Origin: Arcobacter sp. 31_11_sub10_T18
GTDB lineage: Bacteria; Campylobacterota; Campylobacteria; Campylobacterales; Arcobacteraceae
Assembly (NCBI GenBank): GCA_002163065.1
Contig: MAAG01000100.1
Coordinates: forward strand, 1 to 46,650
Direction: 5' to 3'
DNA: 46,650 nucleotides
Made by a program: the position numbers and the translations under genes
Notes under the pieces: generated by a model
What the model was told of the DNA's origin: nothing
Database searches by the model: none
What the model saw: only the letters and a program-made list of their open reading frames with translations
Shown: positions 37,742-46,650 of the stretch, one piece after another
How positions within the stretch are numbered: position 1 is the first letter of the stretch
Layout of the letters: each line of letters opens with the position of its first letter

Positions 37742-38218
37742 TTATTTTTTTAATTCTTTAAATATCTTTTGAGACTTAGATATCACATTAATATTATCTG
37801 TAATGTGAACTATCTCGTAATTGTCGTTAAAAGAGGCTTTTGTCCAGTTGAGACTTCCCAAGATTGCCACTTTATTATCAAAAAGTGCAATTTTTAAATG
37901 CATCTTTTTATCTGACAAGTAAGAATGGATACCTTTATTTTTAAGATACTTATATCTTGAGTCTTTGTCTGTTTCTACTTTATGTTTGTCAAAAATCACA
38001 TTGACAGTGACTTCTCTCTTTACTGCTTGATTGAGTAACTTTGCAAATTTTTTATAAGAAAAATTATACATGGCAATATCAATACTTTTGGTAGAGGTAT
38101 CAATTAGGTTTTCAATATGCGCTTTTAATTTACTTGAATCCTGAGGCAAAAAATATGTAAAGTCTTTTGCAAAAGTAAATGTGGCAATCAATAAAATACT
38201 AAGAATAACTTTCATCAT
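37742..38218 (-). CDS. Secreted/periplasmic phospholipase-D-family nuclease (Nuc-like)
   Basis: Signal peptide (MMKVILSILLIATFTFA) and a single HKD motif (MHLKIALFDNKVAILGSLNWT). The size is typical of Nuc-type endonucleases. Confidence 0.8.
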   Translation of the reverse strand: MMKVILSILLIATFTFAKDFTYFLPQDSSKLKAHIENLIDTSTKSIDIAMYNFSYKKFAKLLNQAVKREVTVNVIFDKHKVETDKDSRYKYLKNKGIHSYLSDKKMHLKIALFDNKVAILGSLNWTKASFNDNYEIVHITDNINVISKSQKIFKELKK

Positions 38219-38583
38219 ATCCCTTTAAATATATCTAAAATATCCATTGGTATTTTAGAAGGTTTTCTATCTTTTAAATAAGCTACTTTTACAATGGCCT
38301 TGAAAATAAGTTTATCATCTCTATAAATATTTTGGCTCATTGATAATGACGCTTGTTTTGTTTCTAATAATAGAGTCTTAATATTTAATATATCTCCAAG
38401 TAATGCTGGTTTTATAAACTTTGCATCAATATGAGTTACTACAAAAAATGCATTTGTTGTATGCGGAGATAAGCCTTTTTGAAAAAATAGTTCACTACGT
38501 GCTCTTTCACAAAAATTTAAGTAGTTGGAGTGATAAACTACCCCACCTGTATCAGTATCTTCGTAATACACTCTTAACTGCAT
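38215..38583 (-). CDS. ybgC: YbgC-type acyl-CoA thioesterase (4HBT hotdog fold)
   Basis: VYYEDTDTGGVVYHSNYLNFCERAR signature. Overlaps the nuclease gene start by 4 nt. Confidence 0.85.
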   Translation of the reverse strand: MQLRVYYEDTDTGGVVYHSNYLNFCERARSELFFQKGLSPHTTNAFFVVTHIDAKFIKPALLGDILNIKTLLLETKQASLSMSQNIYRDDKLIFKAIVKVAYLKDRKPSKIPMDILDIFKGI

Positions 38584-38708
38584 TTGTATCCTTTATAATC
38601 AAAAGTATTATACATTAAATAGTCTAATAATAAATATAAGGGGATTTATTTTCTGCTTGGTCAAATAGAGAGATTGCTAAAGCAAATTGGCGTTTAAGTG
38701 AAGTCAAG

Positions 38709-38733
38709 AGGATTGGAGGAGTTATCCAATCCT
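38709..38733 (-). terminator. Hairpin downstream of the MCP gene (possible terminator)
   Basis: 9-bp stem AGGATTGGA/TCCAATCCT with a 7-nt loop, 15 nt past the MCP stop. There is no clear U-tract on the minus strand. Confidence 0.35.
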
Positions 38734-38747
38734 TTAGATATAGTTAT

Positions 38748-41228
38748 TTAAAAACTTTCCCACTCTCCTTCAACTTCATCGTTATTATCATAAAAAGATT
38801 GATTAACCGTTTTTACTTTAACCTTAGTACAACTTGGATTTAGCTCATCACCAATACATATTTCTGACTTTGTTGAATTAAGTTCATTTATAGGAGCCAT
38901 TGTAGTATATTCAGTATTGTCAAGACCCATATCTTTTGCTTGAACATCGTTTTTACCATCAAATTCTTTATCATTGGCATTTGAAACAATTAACGTTGAA
39001 ATTTTATCAGTTTGAGCCGCTATTTCTTGTGTTGTATTAGCAACAGAAACATTTTCTTGTGTTTGTCGATCCAGTTCAGAAACAGCATCATTTATTTGTT
39101 CAATTGCAGATAACTGCTCTTTTGATGCTGATTCCACATCTGTAATTAACTCCAGTGTTTTAGAAATATTTTGATTTAATCCATCATAACCACTTATCAT
39201 AGAATCTGCAATGGACTTTCCTTCATTTGCTTTACTATTTGCAGTTTGAACCAAATTTTTAATTTCTTTTGCTGCCTCGGCACTTCTTGAGGCTAAATTA
39301 CGTACTTCTTGTGCAACAACTGCAAATCCTTTTCCTGCTTCACCCGCAGTTGCTGCTTCAACCGCAGCATTTAGTGACAAAATATTTGTTTGAAAAGATA
39401 TTTGATCAATTACACCAATAGCATCATTAATAGCACTCACTTGAGTATTAATTTCATCCATGGCTTGGGTTGTTTTAGTTGCTAGTTTTTGTCCTTCGTT
39501 AGCTGAGGAAGTAAGAGTATTTGCATAAGATGACATTTTCCCAACATTGGATGTATTTTCACTAATATTCGAAGTCATTTCTTCTAAAGATGCAGCTGTT
39601 TCTTCCAAGGCAGTTGCTGTTTCATTTGAATTATGATTCAAAGTATCAACATTTCTCAATAGTATATTAGAACTATTTTGCAAAGTTAATCCGTTTGATT
39701 TATTTTCAATCAACATTGAAGTTATAAGTTTTGAGACATCATTAAGTGCCATTGAAATTTTTCCCGTATCATTTTTAATAGTATTGGTAAAATCCAACTT
39801 GGAAAAGCTTTCCAAAACAGAAAGTATTTTATTGGTATCAGAACCTACATTCGTATTTAAACTCTCTAACATTTTATTAAAACTATTTCTTAGTTGCTCA
39901 AGGTTTTCAGATTGAACATTATTAACAAATCTTTTGTGTAAAAACCCATTGTTTACTTCATTGACCATTTCTTGAACTTCGTCCAAAAATCTATTGTCAT
40001 CTTCCAGTAAAGTTTTTGTCATAAGAATATTTTGGTTAACGACATTTGACATACTACCTATTTCATCATCAGAATTGACCTTTAACATAACAACATCATT
40101 TGTCTCTTTATTTAAATACTTGAAAAAACTCAAAAGTCCCACTTGGAAATTATCTAAAGGTTTAACAAGACTGTTATTGATAACAAAAAACATAAACAGT
40201 ACAAAAAATGCTAAAACAATTACAGAGTATAGAAATATTTCATCTCTTAAGGCATTTGGCTCAATTAATACTTCTGACTCATCTATCTCAGATAATAAAG
40301 CCCATTGTAAATCTTGCCCTACTTTTACACGAGTATAAGCGGATAAAACAGGATTATTGTTATAGTCAATTATAATCTTAGTGTCATTTTGACCATCAAA
40401 TGCTTCCTTAACAGCTTGAGTGTTTACACTCCCTAAAGCAGGGTTTGCAAAAGATGCTTTTAATGAATGATTTTTAGGGTCTAAAAAACTATCACTTCTC
40501 ATTAAGTTATCAGAACCAACCAAGTAATCTTCTTGTGAGTACCCATATCCTTTTCTAAATTTCATAATTGAGTTAATAGATGAATCACTAATCTGAAATA
40601 CCAAAATAGAATTAAATTGTCCGTTAGTATATACAGGAGAACCTAAAAACATAGCTGGTGCATTTGCACTTGGTCCATAAGGTTTCATATCCACAAAAAC
40701 AGGTCTTTGTAGTTCTTTTACTTTTCCCCAAACTTCTCCTAAACCACTATCTTTAAGTATTCCAGAACCTAAGTTTTCACCATAATCTGATTCTTTTGCT
40801 TGACTATATAAAACATGTCCAAATTTTTTATCAATCAAAAACACATCATAATAGCCATATTCTTTTGCATATGTTTGGAAGAAGTTTTCGTGTTTTAAAG
40901 TTTCTTTTTGGATTAAAGCATTATTAACAGGAAACTTAGAATCATAACTCAAATTTAATGTTTCATGAATACCCAACAGTGAACTACTTAAATCAATAAC
41001 ATTTTTGCTTTTAGATAAAACATTAATATCTCCGATTCGTTCACTAAAAAATGTATTTATTTGTTTTACTTTACTATCCCTTACTGCTGTTAACACAGAG
41101 TAACTTTTTTGCATTAATGCATCTTTAGAATTTATTACTGATATAACTCCAAGTATTACAGACAACGAAATTAAAGACAAAATGGTAGATGATATAATTT
41201 TTGTCTTTATATTTAACCTTTTAAACAT
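38748..41228 (-). CDS. Methyl-accepting chemotaxis protein with a large Cache-like periplasmic domain and a C-terminal xWxxF tail
   Basis: TM1 (residues ~10-32), a ~300-aa periplasmic region and TM2 ([20 protein letters not shown]). The cytoplasmic signalling hairpin is highly conserved ([42 protein letters not shown]). The protein ends ...EVEGEWESF. Confidence 0.92.
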   Translation of the reverse strand: MFKRLNIKTKIISSTILSLISLSVILGVISVINSKDALMQKSYSVLTAVRDSKVKQINTFFSERIGDINVLSKSKNVIDLSSSLLGIHETLNLSYDSKFPVNNALIQKETLKHENFFQTYAKEYGYYDVFLIDKKFGHVLYSQAKESDYGENLGSGILKDSGLGEVWGKVKELQRPVFVDMKPYGPSANAPAMFLGSPVYTNGQFNSILVFQISDSSINSIMKFRKGYGYSQEDYLVGSDNLMRSDSFLDPKNHSLKASFANPALGSVNTQAVKEAFDGQNDTKIIIDYNNNPVLSAYTRVKVGQDLQWALLSEIDESEVLIEPNALRDEIFLYSVIVLAFFVLFMFFVINNSLVKPLDNFQVGLLSFFKYLNKETNDVVMLKVNSDDEIGSMSNVVNQNILMTKTLLEDDNRFLDEVQEMVNEVNNGFLHKRFVNNVQSENLEQLRNSFNKMLESLNTNVGSDTNKILSVLESFSKLDFTNTIKNDTGKISMALNDVSKLITSMLIENKSNGLTLQNSSNILLRNVDTLNHNSNETATALEETAASLEEMTSNISENTSNVGKMSSYANTLTSSANEGQKLATKTTQAMDEINTQVSAINDAIGVIDQISFQTNILSLNAAVEAATAGEAGKGFAVVAQEVRNLASRSAEAAKEIKNLVQTANSKANEGKSIADSMISGYDGLNQNISKTLELITDVESASKEQLSAIEQINDAVSELDRQTQENVSVANTTQEIAAQTDKISTLIVSNANDKEFDGKNDVQAKDMGLDNTEYTTMAPINELNSTKSEICIGDELNPSCTKVKVKTVNQSFYDNNDEVEGEWESF

Positions 41229-41298
41229 AAAACTCTCCTTTTAAATCTGTTATTTATTATAAATAACTAGTATCTCTTCCCAGAAAATAATTTTATCG

Positions 41299-41328
41299 AA
41301 AAAAAACAAAATGTAACTTTAAAGTTAC
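41299..41328 (-). terminator. Possible rho-independent terminator of the REC-PAS gene
   Basis: Palindrome GTAACTTTAAAGTTAC (41313-41328), followed on the minus strand by ATTTTGTTTTTTTT. The stem is short and AT-rich. Confidence 0.4.
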
Positions 41329-41542
41329 TTCGTGAAATTAATATCAAGCGTAGGCTATAAGAACAATTTAATTTTTATGTCTGATAAGTCTAAATACTCG
41401 TGATTAAATGTGATTTTTATATTTAAGAGGAGTTGTAATTTCATCGAATCAGAGAGAAGAATTGTGACTTTTAAGTAGAAAATATGACTTTTATAAAGTA
41501 AAAGAATAATAAATAATAAAATTATATTATTTATTACAAGAA

Positions 41543-42799
41543 TTATGCACTTTTAAAACTGTCTAAATCTATTGGACAATTTTTAACTTGTTCTCTTAGG
41601 TCTTGAATTAAATTAGCTTGTTGTTTTACCTTATTACTTAAAGTATCACATAAGTTAATTCTATTATTTATTTCTCTTTTAAATTCATTTACTTGTTTTA
41701 GATAATTCTCGTTTTTATGTTTTGCTTTACTTAATTCTCCGATTATTCTTTGTGTATCATTAACAGTTTCTACTTTTTTTAGTTCTTTATCAATATTAAC
41801 AACACTTAGTAAACTTTCATAGTATTGATTTTGTTTTTTAAATTGTTTAGTTTTTTCTCTTTCTGTTTTAATTGATTCTTCTAATATATCAATATGTTTA
41901 TATTTTTCAAGTTTACTTTGTAATTCATCAATCATTTTTCTTGCCACAAAATTTTGTCTTTTAGTTTCTTGTATATTATGAATAACTTTTTTTCTAAATT
42001 CTCTCTTTTCATGTTCTTCAACTGTTATGGGAAAACTTATTTCAACATATTCTGTTATTTGCACTGTGTTCATGTCGTAATATGGTATAACTGTTGTTTT
42101 TGTAAAATATTCATTCCCATCTTTACTCATATTTTTTAACTTACCACTCCATTTCTGACCATCTTGAAGGCTACTCCACAATTCATCATAAACTTCAATT
42201 GGCATATCTTTATGTTTAATAAGATCTTTGTGTTTACCCAATAAATCATTTTTAGTAAAACCTGATACATGACAAAATATTTCATTAATAAAAACATAGT
42301 TTCCGTTTAAGTCAATTCTCGAAACAATGGCAACCTGATCAATAATATGTAAATACTCCAAAAGTTCATTATTTTTATTTTCAATGATTTTGAGTTTATA
42401 TTTAGCCTCACAAACCTCTTCCACATGTTTTATTAGCTCTTTTAAATTGATGGGTTTAATAGAATAATGCACAACTCCATAATTAATAGCTTTTAATAAA
42501 TACTCCTGGTCACTATATGCGGTTGTTAAAATAAAAGGCACCTCATTATCAATTTCTTTTATTTTCTTTATCATATCTAAACCTGATATTTTAGGCATAT
42601 TTATATCACTTATAATTACATCTATTTGAACATCATTATTCTTGCATTCAAGAAATTTATTGACACCTTCTTCTCCGTTTGTTGCAACAATAGTAGTATT
42701 GAAAATTTTGTCAAATATATTTTTCATTTTCTCACTTATTTCTTGATCATCTTCTACATACATTACATTAAGTGTACTTAAGAATTTAATTGATTCCAT
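41543..42799 (-). CDS. Response regulator: REC + PAS + long C-terminal coiled coil
   Basis: Receiver domain (VMYVEDD, ISDINMPKISG, IKP). PAS domain (IVSRIDLNGNYVFINEIFCHVSGFTKNDLLGKHKDLI ... WSGKLKNMSKDGNEYF). About 160 aa of K/E/Q-rich heptad-like sequence follow, with no recognisable output domain. Confidence 0.85.
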   Translation of the reverse strand: MESIKFLSTLNVMYVEDDQEISEKMKNIFDKIFNTTIVATNGEEGVNKFLECKNNDVQIDVIISDINMPKISGLDMIKKIKEIDNEVPFILTTAYSDQEYLLKAINYGVVHYSIKPINLKELIKHVEEVCEAKYKLKIIENKNNELLEYLHIIDQVAIVSRIDLNGNYVFINEIFCHVSGFTKNDLLGKHKDLIKHKDMPIEVYDELWSSLQDGQKWSGKLKNMSKDGNEYFTKTTVIPYYDMNTVQITEYVEISFPITVEEHEKREFRKKVIHNIQETKRQNFVARKMIDELQSKLEKYKHIDILEESIKTEREKTKQFKKQNQYYESLLSVVNIDKELKKVETVNDTQRIIGELSKAKHKNENYLKQVNEFKREINNRINLCDTLSNKVKQQANLIQDLREQVKNCPIDLDSFKSA

Positions 42800-43143
42800 C
42801 TTTTTGACCTTTCCTAATAACTATAAACATTATTTTATATATATTTCCCTATAATGTCAACAAGCTAATTTAAAGAATTGTATAAAATAGTTTTATTTAA
42901 ATTATTAATTCAAAAATAAATGTTAATTATTACCTATATAAGGGTATAATCTGAAATAATATATTATTTATTTTTTAAATATTTCTATTTGAATCTTGAA
43001 AAACTTCCTGATTCAAAAAAATAATTTTTATTTTTATTTAAAACGTGTAATGCTTATGTAACAATTAAAATATATTAACTTTAATCACTTATTTTTTGAT
43101 TGGTTTATTATTCTTTATTTGTGCTAAAACTAAAAGGAAGTAA

Positions 43144-44049
43144 ATGTTAAACATTTTAATAATAGATGACTCCTTAACAATTAGAAAAATGTTAGAAAAA
43201 ATGCTCATAGATTTGGGGTTTAATGTTATAGCTGCTGCTAAAAGTGCAAAAGAAGGTATTGAATTATATAAAAAACATAAACCTGACTTTGTGACCATGG
43301 ATGTGAACATGCCTGAAATGACAGGAATTGAAGCACTAAAAATAATAAGAGATGATTATAAAAATGCAAATATTGTCATGCTTACTTCAAAGGGAGATGA
43401 TTCATTAATTGTTGAAGCCATCAAGTATGGGGCTAAAGGTTATATTCTAAAACCACTAAATCCTAAAAAAATCAAAGATTCAATTATGGCTATATTTCCA
43501 AAAGAATTTGCCGAAAAAAACAAACCAAAAAAAGAATTGGATGTTCAAGATTACGAATCTACAATCAAAGATACCCTAACTGATTTTTACACTGTAGAAT
43601 ATATGCATAATACTATTCAACACTTAATTGCAGTACATAATAAAGATTCTAACTATTCTATTTGTATGGTTCTAATAGACATTAATAATCTGGATGAAGT
43701 ATCTGAAAAGTTTGGCTGCGTTCAAAGAGATGTGATTTTAACTCAAATTGCTGATGTTATTGAAAACATAATTGATGAAAGTAATATTCCAATAAAATTA
43801 TGTAACAACGAATTTGGTATATTTATAATTGGTACTCTAACTCAAGAGTTAAGTATCATTACAAGTGAAATCAAAAATGAAGTTGAATCAATTGTAAATA
43901 AAATGGCAATGAATGATACCCGATTAATTGTCAGTATTGGGACAGCTTGCCATACTCAAAAAGAAAAACTGATTCATTTTTTAGAAAAAGCGGACGAATC
44001 ACTGATTAAAGCAAATAAAGAAACAAGTAGAATTTTTATAGGTAAATAG
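43144..44049 (+). CDS. Response regulator: REC + degenerate GGDEF domain
   Basis: Receiver domain (ILIIDDS, MDVNMPEMTG, LKP). The GGDEF fold is recognisable (LIDINNLDEVSEKFG, SIGTAC, ADESLIKANKE), but the active-site GG[DE]EF is replaced by CNNEF. Confidence 0.85.
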   Translation: MLNILIIDDSLTIRKMLEKMLIDLGFNVIAAAKSAKEGIELYKKHKPDFVTMDVNMPEMTGIEALKIIRDDYKNANIVMLTSKGDDSLIVEAIKYGAKGYILKPLNPKKIKDSIMAIFPKEFAEKNKPKKELDVQDYESTIKDTLTDFYTVEYMHNTIQHLIAVHNKDSNYSICMVLIDINNLDEVSEKFGCVQRDVILTQIADVIENIIDESNIPIKLCNNEFGIFIIGTLTQELSIITSEIKNEVESIVNKMAMNDTRLIVSIGTACHTQKEKLIHFLEKADESLIKANKETSRIFIGK

Positions 44050-44052
44050 CAT

Positions 44053-44088
44053 AAAAAAAGGGGAATCATAAATGATTCCCCTTTCTCT
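44053..44088. terminator. Bidirectional rho-independent terminator
   Basis: Stem GGGGAATCAT/ATGATTCCCC (44060-44069 and 44072-44081), extended by AAA/TTT. An A-run lies upstream and a T-run downstream, so a U-tract is present on both strands. It sits between the convergent REC-GGDEF and ahpC genes. Confidence 0.7.
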
Positions 44089-44189
44089 AATAAATATGTG
44101 ATATTAAATTAACGATTACTTATTAGTAAAGTCTTTTTTAGCCTCTCTAATTATTTCACCAATATCAACATAATTATTAATTTTAAACA

Positions 44190-44786
44190 CTATAAATCAC
44201 CCTCGTGACCAGTTAAGTATTCAGCAACACCAGCAGTTGTTGGTTTCATTGCGTCATCACCTTTAGTCCAACCTGCAGGACAAACTTCACCATGTTCATT
44301 TGTATATAACATAGTGTCTACCATTCTGATCATTTCGTCAATATTTCTACCAAGTGGTAAATCATTAATAACTGCATGTCTAACTGTACCATCAGCATCA
44401 ATTAAAAAACTTCCTCTTAATGCAACACCACCGTCAAGTAATACGTCATAGTCTTTAGAAATTTGTTTAGTTAAATCCGCAACTAATGGATATCTAACTT
44501 GTCCGATTCCACCATCGTTAATAGCAGTACTTTTCCAAGCGAAGTGAGAAAATTGTGAATCTACAGATACACCAATAACATTGATTCCTCTTGAAGTAAA
44601 TTCGTCAAGTCTTTTATCAAATGCAATAATTTCAGATGGACAAACAAATGTAAAATCTAGTGGGTAAAAAAACAGTACAGTTCCCTTTTCACCAAAATTT
44701 TCATACAGATTAAAATCTGCAACGATTTCGTTATTACCAAGTACAGTTGTAGCTGTAAAATTTGGAGCTTTTTGTGTTACTAACAT
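44190..44786 (-). CDS. ahpC: Alkyl hydroperoxide reductase / 2-Cys peroxiredoxin
   Basis: Peroxidatic Cys motif FYPLDFTFVCPSEI and resolving Cys (HGEVCPAGW). 198 aa. Confidence 0.93.
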   Translation of the reverse strand: MLVTQKAPNFTATTVLGNNEIVADFNLYENFGEKGTVLFFYPLDFTFVCPSEIIAFDKRLDEFTSRGINVIGVSVDSQFSHFAWKSTAINDGGIGQVRYPLVADLTKQISKDYDVLLDGGVALRGSFLIDADGTVRHAVINDLPLGRNIDEMIRMVDTMLYTNEHGEVCPAGWTKGDDAMKPTTAGVAEYLTGHEGDL

Positions 44787-44892
44787 TATATTCCTTTTGT
44801 TTTTAATTGGAGCGTATTATAGTAAAAAATTATTAAATTACCCATAGTATAAATGAATAAATTAAATTATTTAAGACAAAATTTATCTTGAA

Positions 44893-44903
44893 ATAATAAT
44901 TAT
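44893..44903. promoter_or_regulatory. Fur/PerR-type palindromic box candidate in the ahpC upstream region
   Basis: ATAAT-A-ATTAT is a perfect 5-1-5 palindrome matching the core of the PerR/Fur 7-1-7 consensus TTATAATnATTATAA. It lies ~110 nt upstream of the ahpC ATG. Such a match can arise by chance in AT-rich DNA. Confidence 0.3.
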
Positions 44904-45007
44904 CCATAAGTATTATACATTCCACTACTATTTATAAAAGTCTTTACCTGCTTCTTCTACTATTCGTCGTGCAATTAGTGATGATTCATCGTCAACATTT
45001 TTCCAAT

Positions 45008-46393
45008 TTATTTACTTAGTTTGTCAAATCTTGGGTAAATAAAAGTACTACTTCTTAAAACTTTGATCTTATTTTTGTTATCTATTGCATAAGCTTCAAT
45101 TTCTACGGGTAAGGCAACATCAAGCCTATCGTTCTTTGCTAATAATTCACTGGTACTTAATACAACTATTTTTCTGACCTTCTTACCTGCACTTAATAAA
45201 AATGACTTTTGAGGTCTTTTTATTTTTATTTTTTCATTATTAACAACTCTAAAGTAATAAGTGTGGTCAATATTATCCGTGTTTTGAAAAAGAAAGGTAT
45301 ATGCATTTTCAACAACTCGATTTTCTTTCACCTTATATAACTGTGTGGTTCTGTTGATATTTAAAAGCATAAATTCTTTTTTACTTCCTGCTATGAATAA
45401 TCCAATCGTAAGTGCAAAAAGAACAAAAGCATAAACCAGTATTCTGGGTCTAAAAAACTTTGGTTTTCTTTTTTCAATATTGGCAGGCTCGTTACTCCAA
45501 GAAATCAAAGAAGGTCTATTAAAAGCTGATTGTACTTCTGTACAAGCATCAATACATTCTAAACAATTAATACACTCAAGTTGTGACGGACCCTTTTTAA
45601 TATCTATATGAGTAGGACACACCTTTACACAAGAGTCACATAGGGTACATTCAGCATTTTCCTCAACTTTAATTAAATCTCTTTTGTGATTAAATATTTT
45701 AGTTTCATTCTCATAGATTTTCCCACCTCGTAAAGGGTTGTAAATTGTTTGAATGGTTTCTGTATCGTACATAACCGATTGTATTCTGGCATAAGGGCAA
45801 ACATAGATACAAAAGTCTTCTTTTAGTTTTATAGTTATATAAACGAAAAAAACAACCGTTCCTATTAATATTCCATACATAAGATAATGTTCAAGGGGAT
45901 TTAATAAATAAACAAAAAAATCTTCTGGAGGTATAAAGTACCATAAAAAGTTTGCAGCGGCCATAATTGATATTATAGTCCAAAGAATGAGTGCAATTAA
46001 TTTTTTGAAATACTGCCCTTCTTCTGGCAGTTTTTGTTTATTTTTAATTCTTTTTCTAATTCCGAGTATTTTAGTTTCAATTAAATCACGGAAGATGATT
46101 CTAAATATTGTTTGGGGACACATCCAGCCACACCAAATCCTTCCACCTAATGCAGTTATAAAAAATATTCCAATAAATAAAATCATAAGCAAAATTGGAA
46201 TTAAATATAATTCTTGCATATCAAATTTGACAAAAAATAAATGAAATTGAAAATAATCAAAACTTAATAATAAAAAGTGATTACCATTAATAACTATAAA
46301 AGGTAAAACTAGTGAGATAATTGTAAATGCGGCAAAAGCATAATATCGTTTATATCGGTATGGTATCCAATTTTTCAATAGCGCTCTAGTCAT
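45008..46393 (-). CDS. ccoG: cbb3 oxidase accessory protein CcoG (FixG), 4Fe-4S ferredoxin-type membrane protein
   Basis: TM segments with CGWMCPQ, two ferredoxin Cys clusters (CTLCDSCVKVCP and CINCLECIDAC), and a C-terminal Ig-like FixG domain. Confidence 0.88.
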   Translation of the reverse strand: MTRALLKNWIPYRYKRYYAFAAFTIISLVLPFIVINGNHFLLLSFDYFQFHLFFVKFDMQELYLIPILLMILFIGIFFITALGGRIWCGWMCPQTIFRIIFRDLIETKILGIRKRIKNKQKLPEEGQYFKKLIALILWTIISIMAAANFLWYFIPPEDFFVYLLNPLEHYLMYGILIGTVVFFVYITIKLKEDFCIYVCPYARIQSVMYDTETIQTIYNPLRGGKIYENETKIFNHKRDLIKVEENAECTLCDSCVKVCPTHIDIKKGPSQLECINCLECIDACTEVQSAFNRPSLISWSNEPANIEKRKPKFFRPRILVYAFVLFALTIGLFIAGSKKEFMLLNINRTTQLYKVKENRVVENAYTFLFQNTDNIDHTYYFRVVNNEKIKIKRPQKSFLLSAGKKVRKIVVLSTSELLAKNDRLDVALPVEIEAYAIDNKNKIKVLRSSTFIYPRFDKLSK

Positions 46394-46598
46394 CTATGTT
46401 TCCTTTTGCTTTTTTTTGTTTATCTTCCATATGTTTTGCAGAATTCAAATCCTCTTCACTATCATGTAAAGCACCATCTAGAAATTTACTTGAGTCATCA
46501 AATTGTCCTGTTTTTAATCCCCATAAAAAAGCAAATAATCCCAAAGCTCCCAAACCAAGAGAAACAAAAAGCATTGCACTTATTACATTATCGTCCAT
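46386..46598 (-). CDS. ccoS: cbb3 oxidase maturation protein CcoS (FixS)
   Basis: Single TM helix followed by WGLKTGQFDD, the CcoS signature. I set the start at MDDNVISAM (AAAGGA RBS) rather than the ORF-track Met. Overlaps the ccoG start by 8 nt. Confidence 0.7.
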   Translation of the reverse strand: MDDNVISAMLFVSLGLGALGLFAFLWGLKTGQFDDSSKFLDGALHDSEEDLNSAKHMEDKQKKAKGNIDD

Positions 46599-46650
46599 CT
46601 TTAAATGTCCTTTTAATTCGTATTGAATTTCCAACCACTATTAGTGAACT

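Noticed and set aside
42800-43143. The 344-bp AT-rich divergent intergenic region as a hidden repeat array or sRNA locus.
   Set aside because: It contains only short, weak inverted repeats such as GAATC…GATTC, with no stable hairpin plus U-tract and no periodic repeat. It is most simply two back-to-back promoters.
1907-46626. Many antisense or out-of-frame ORFs in the six-frame track, all nested inside longer motif-bearing genes. Examples are 1907-2170, 4422-4748, 9257-9868, 17001-17543, 20122-20562, 23150-23678, 26594-27025, 27680-27967, 28178-28660, 39994-40338, 43089-43310 and 46396-46626.
   Set aside because: They are shadow ORFs of the kind expected opposite long genes. Their translations are low-complexity or S/I/F/L-rich with no motifs and no RBS, and each is fully overlapped by a gene with strong family signatures.
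1-46650. CRISPR arrays, IS elements, tRNA or rRNA genes, and large direct repeats.
   Set aside because: Reading the intergenic regions, I saw no regularly spaced repeats, no transposase-like ORFs, no tRNA T-arm or acceptor signatures, and no rRNA-like conserved blocks. An exhaustive repeat search was not possible by eye.

Overview
The window is a strongly AT-rich chromosomal segment with Campylobacterota-type gene content. My best guess is an Arcobacter-like member of Arcobacteraceae, judged from protein motifs and the XerH/difH pair, not from any search. I support about 47 CDS, one candidate 6S-like ncRNA, one dif-type recombination site, several hairpin terminators and two weak regulatory motifs. 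I saw no tRNA, rRNA, CRISPR array, IS element or prophage. From left to right the content is as follows.

- **3-3524:** the 3' part of prlC, two acidic or coiled-coil unknowns, then xerH with a difH-like site directly upstream. The coding strand flips here, which suggests the replication terminus.
- **3659-24065:** a cheY-cheA-cheR-cheD-cheB operon, then pnp, a PRTase, lptD, an RDD protein and purD. These are followed by the 6S-like RNA, hemD, der, hpf, ftsK, lpxD and ilvN/ilvB.
- **24211-29861:** a short flagellin, ppx, a pssA-like gene, a GGDEF cyclase, a SulP permease and a PagL-like protein.
- **30068-33897:** a loose cluster of flagellar-type oddities. It holds an HExxH SprA-related protein coupled to a 79-aa rod-family mini-protein, a flagellin with a 66-aa C-terminal extension, and small unannotated ORFs. 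A DUF523/TtcA-like pair interrupts the cluster.
- **34058-38583:** moeA, then an overlapping ybgC-PLD nuclease-M48 protease-rmuC operon.
- **38748-46598:** an MCP ending in EWESF, two response regulators (PAS/coiled-coil and degenerate GGDEF), ahpC, ccoG and ccoS.

Most of the window is ordinary core genome. The leads I rate highest are:

- A set of short acidic-aromatic linear motifs in the chemotaxis proteins. CheA has four FGFFDD-type repeats where P2 should be, CheD has a related tail, and the MCP carries an xWxxF tail.
- The HExxH plus mini-rod protein module.
- The C-terminally extended flagellin.
- The 6S-like RNA upstream of purD.

All functional calls come from motif recognition by eye. 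No database search was run.
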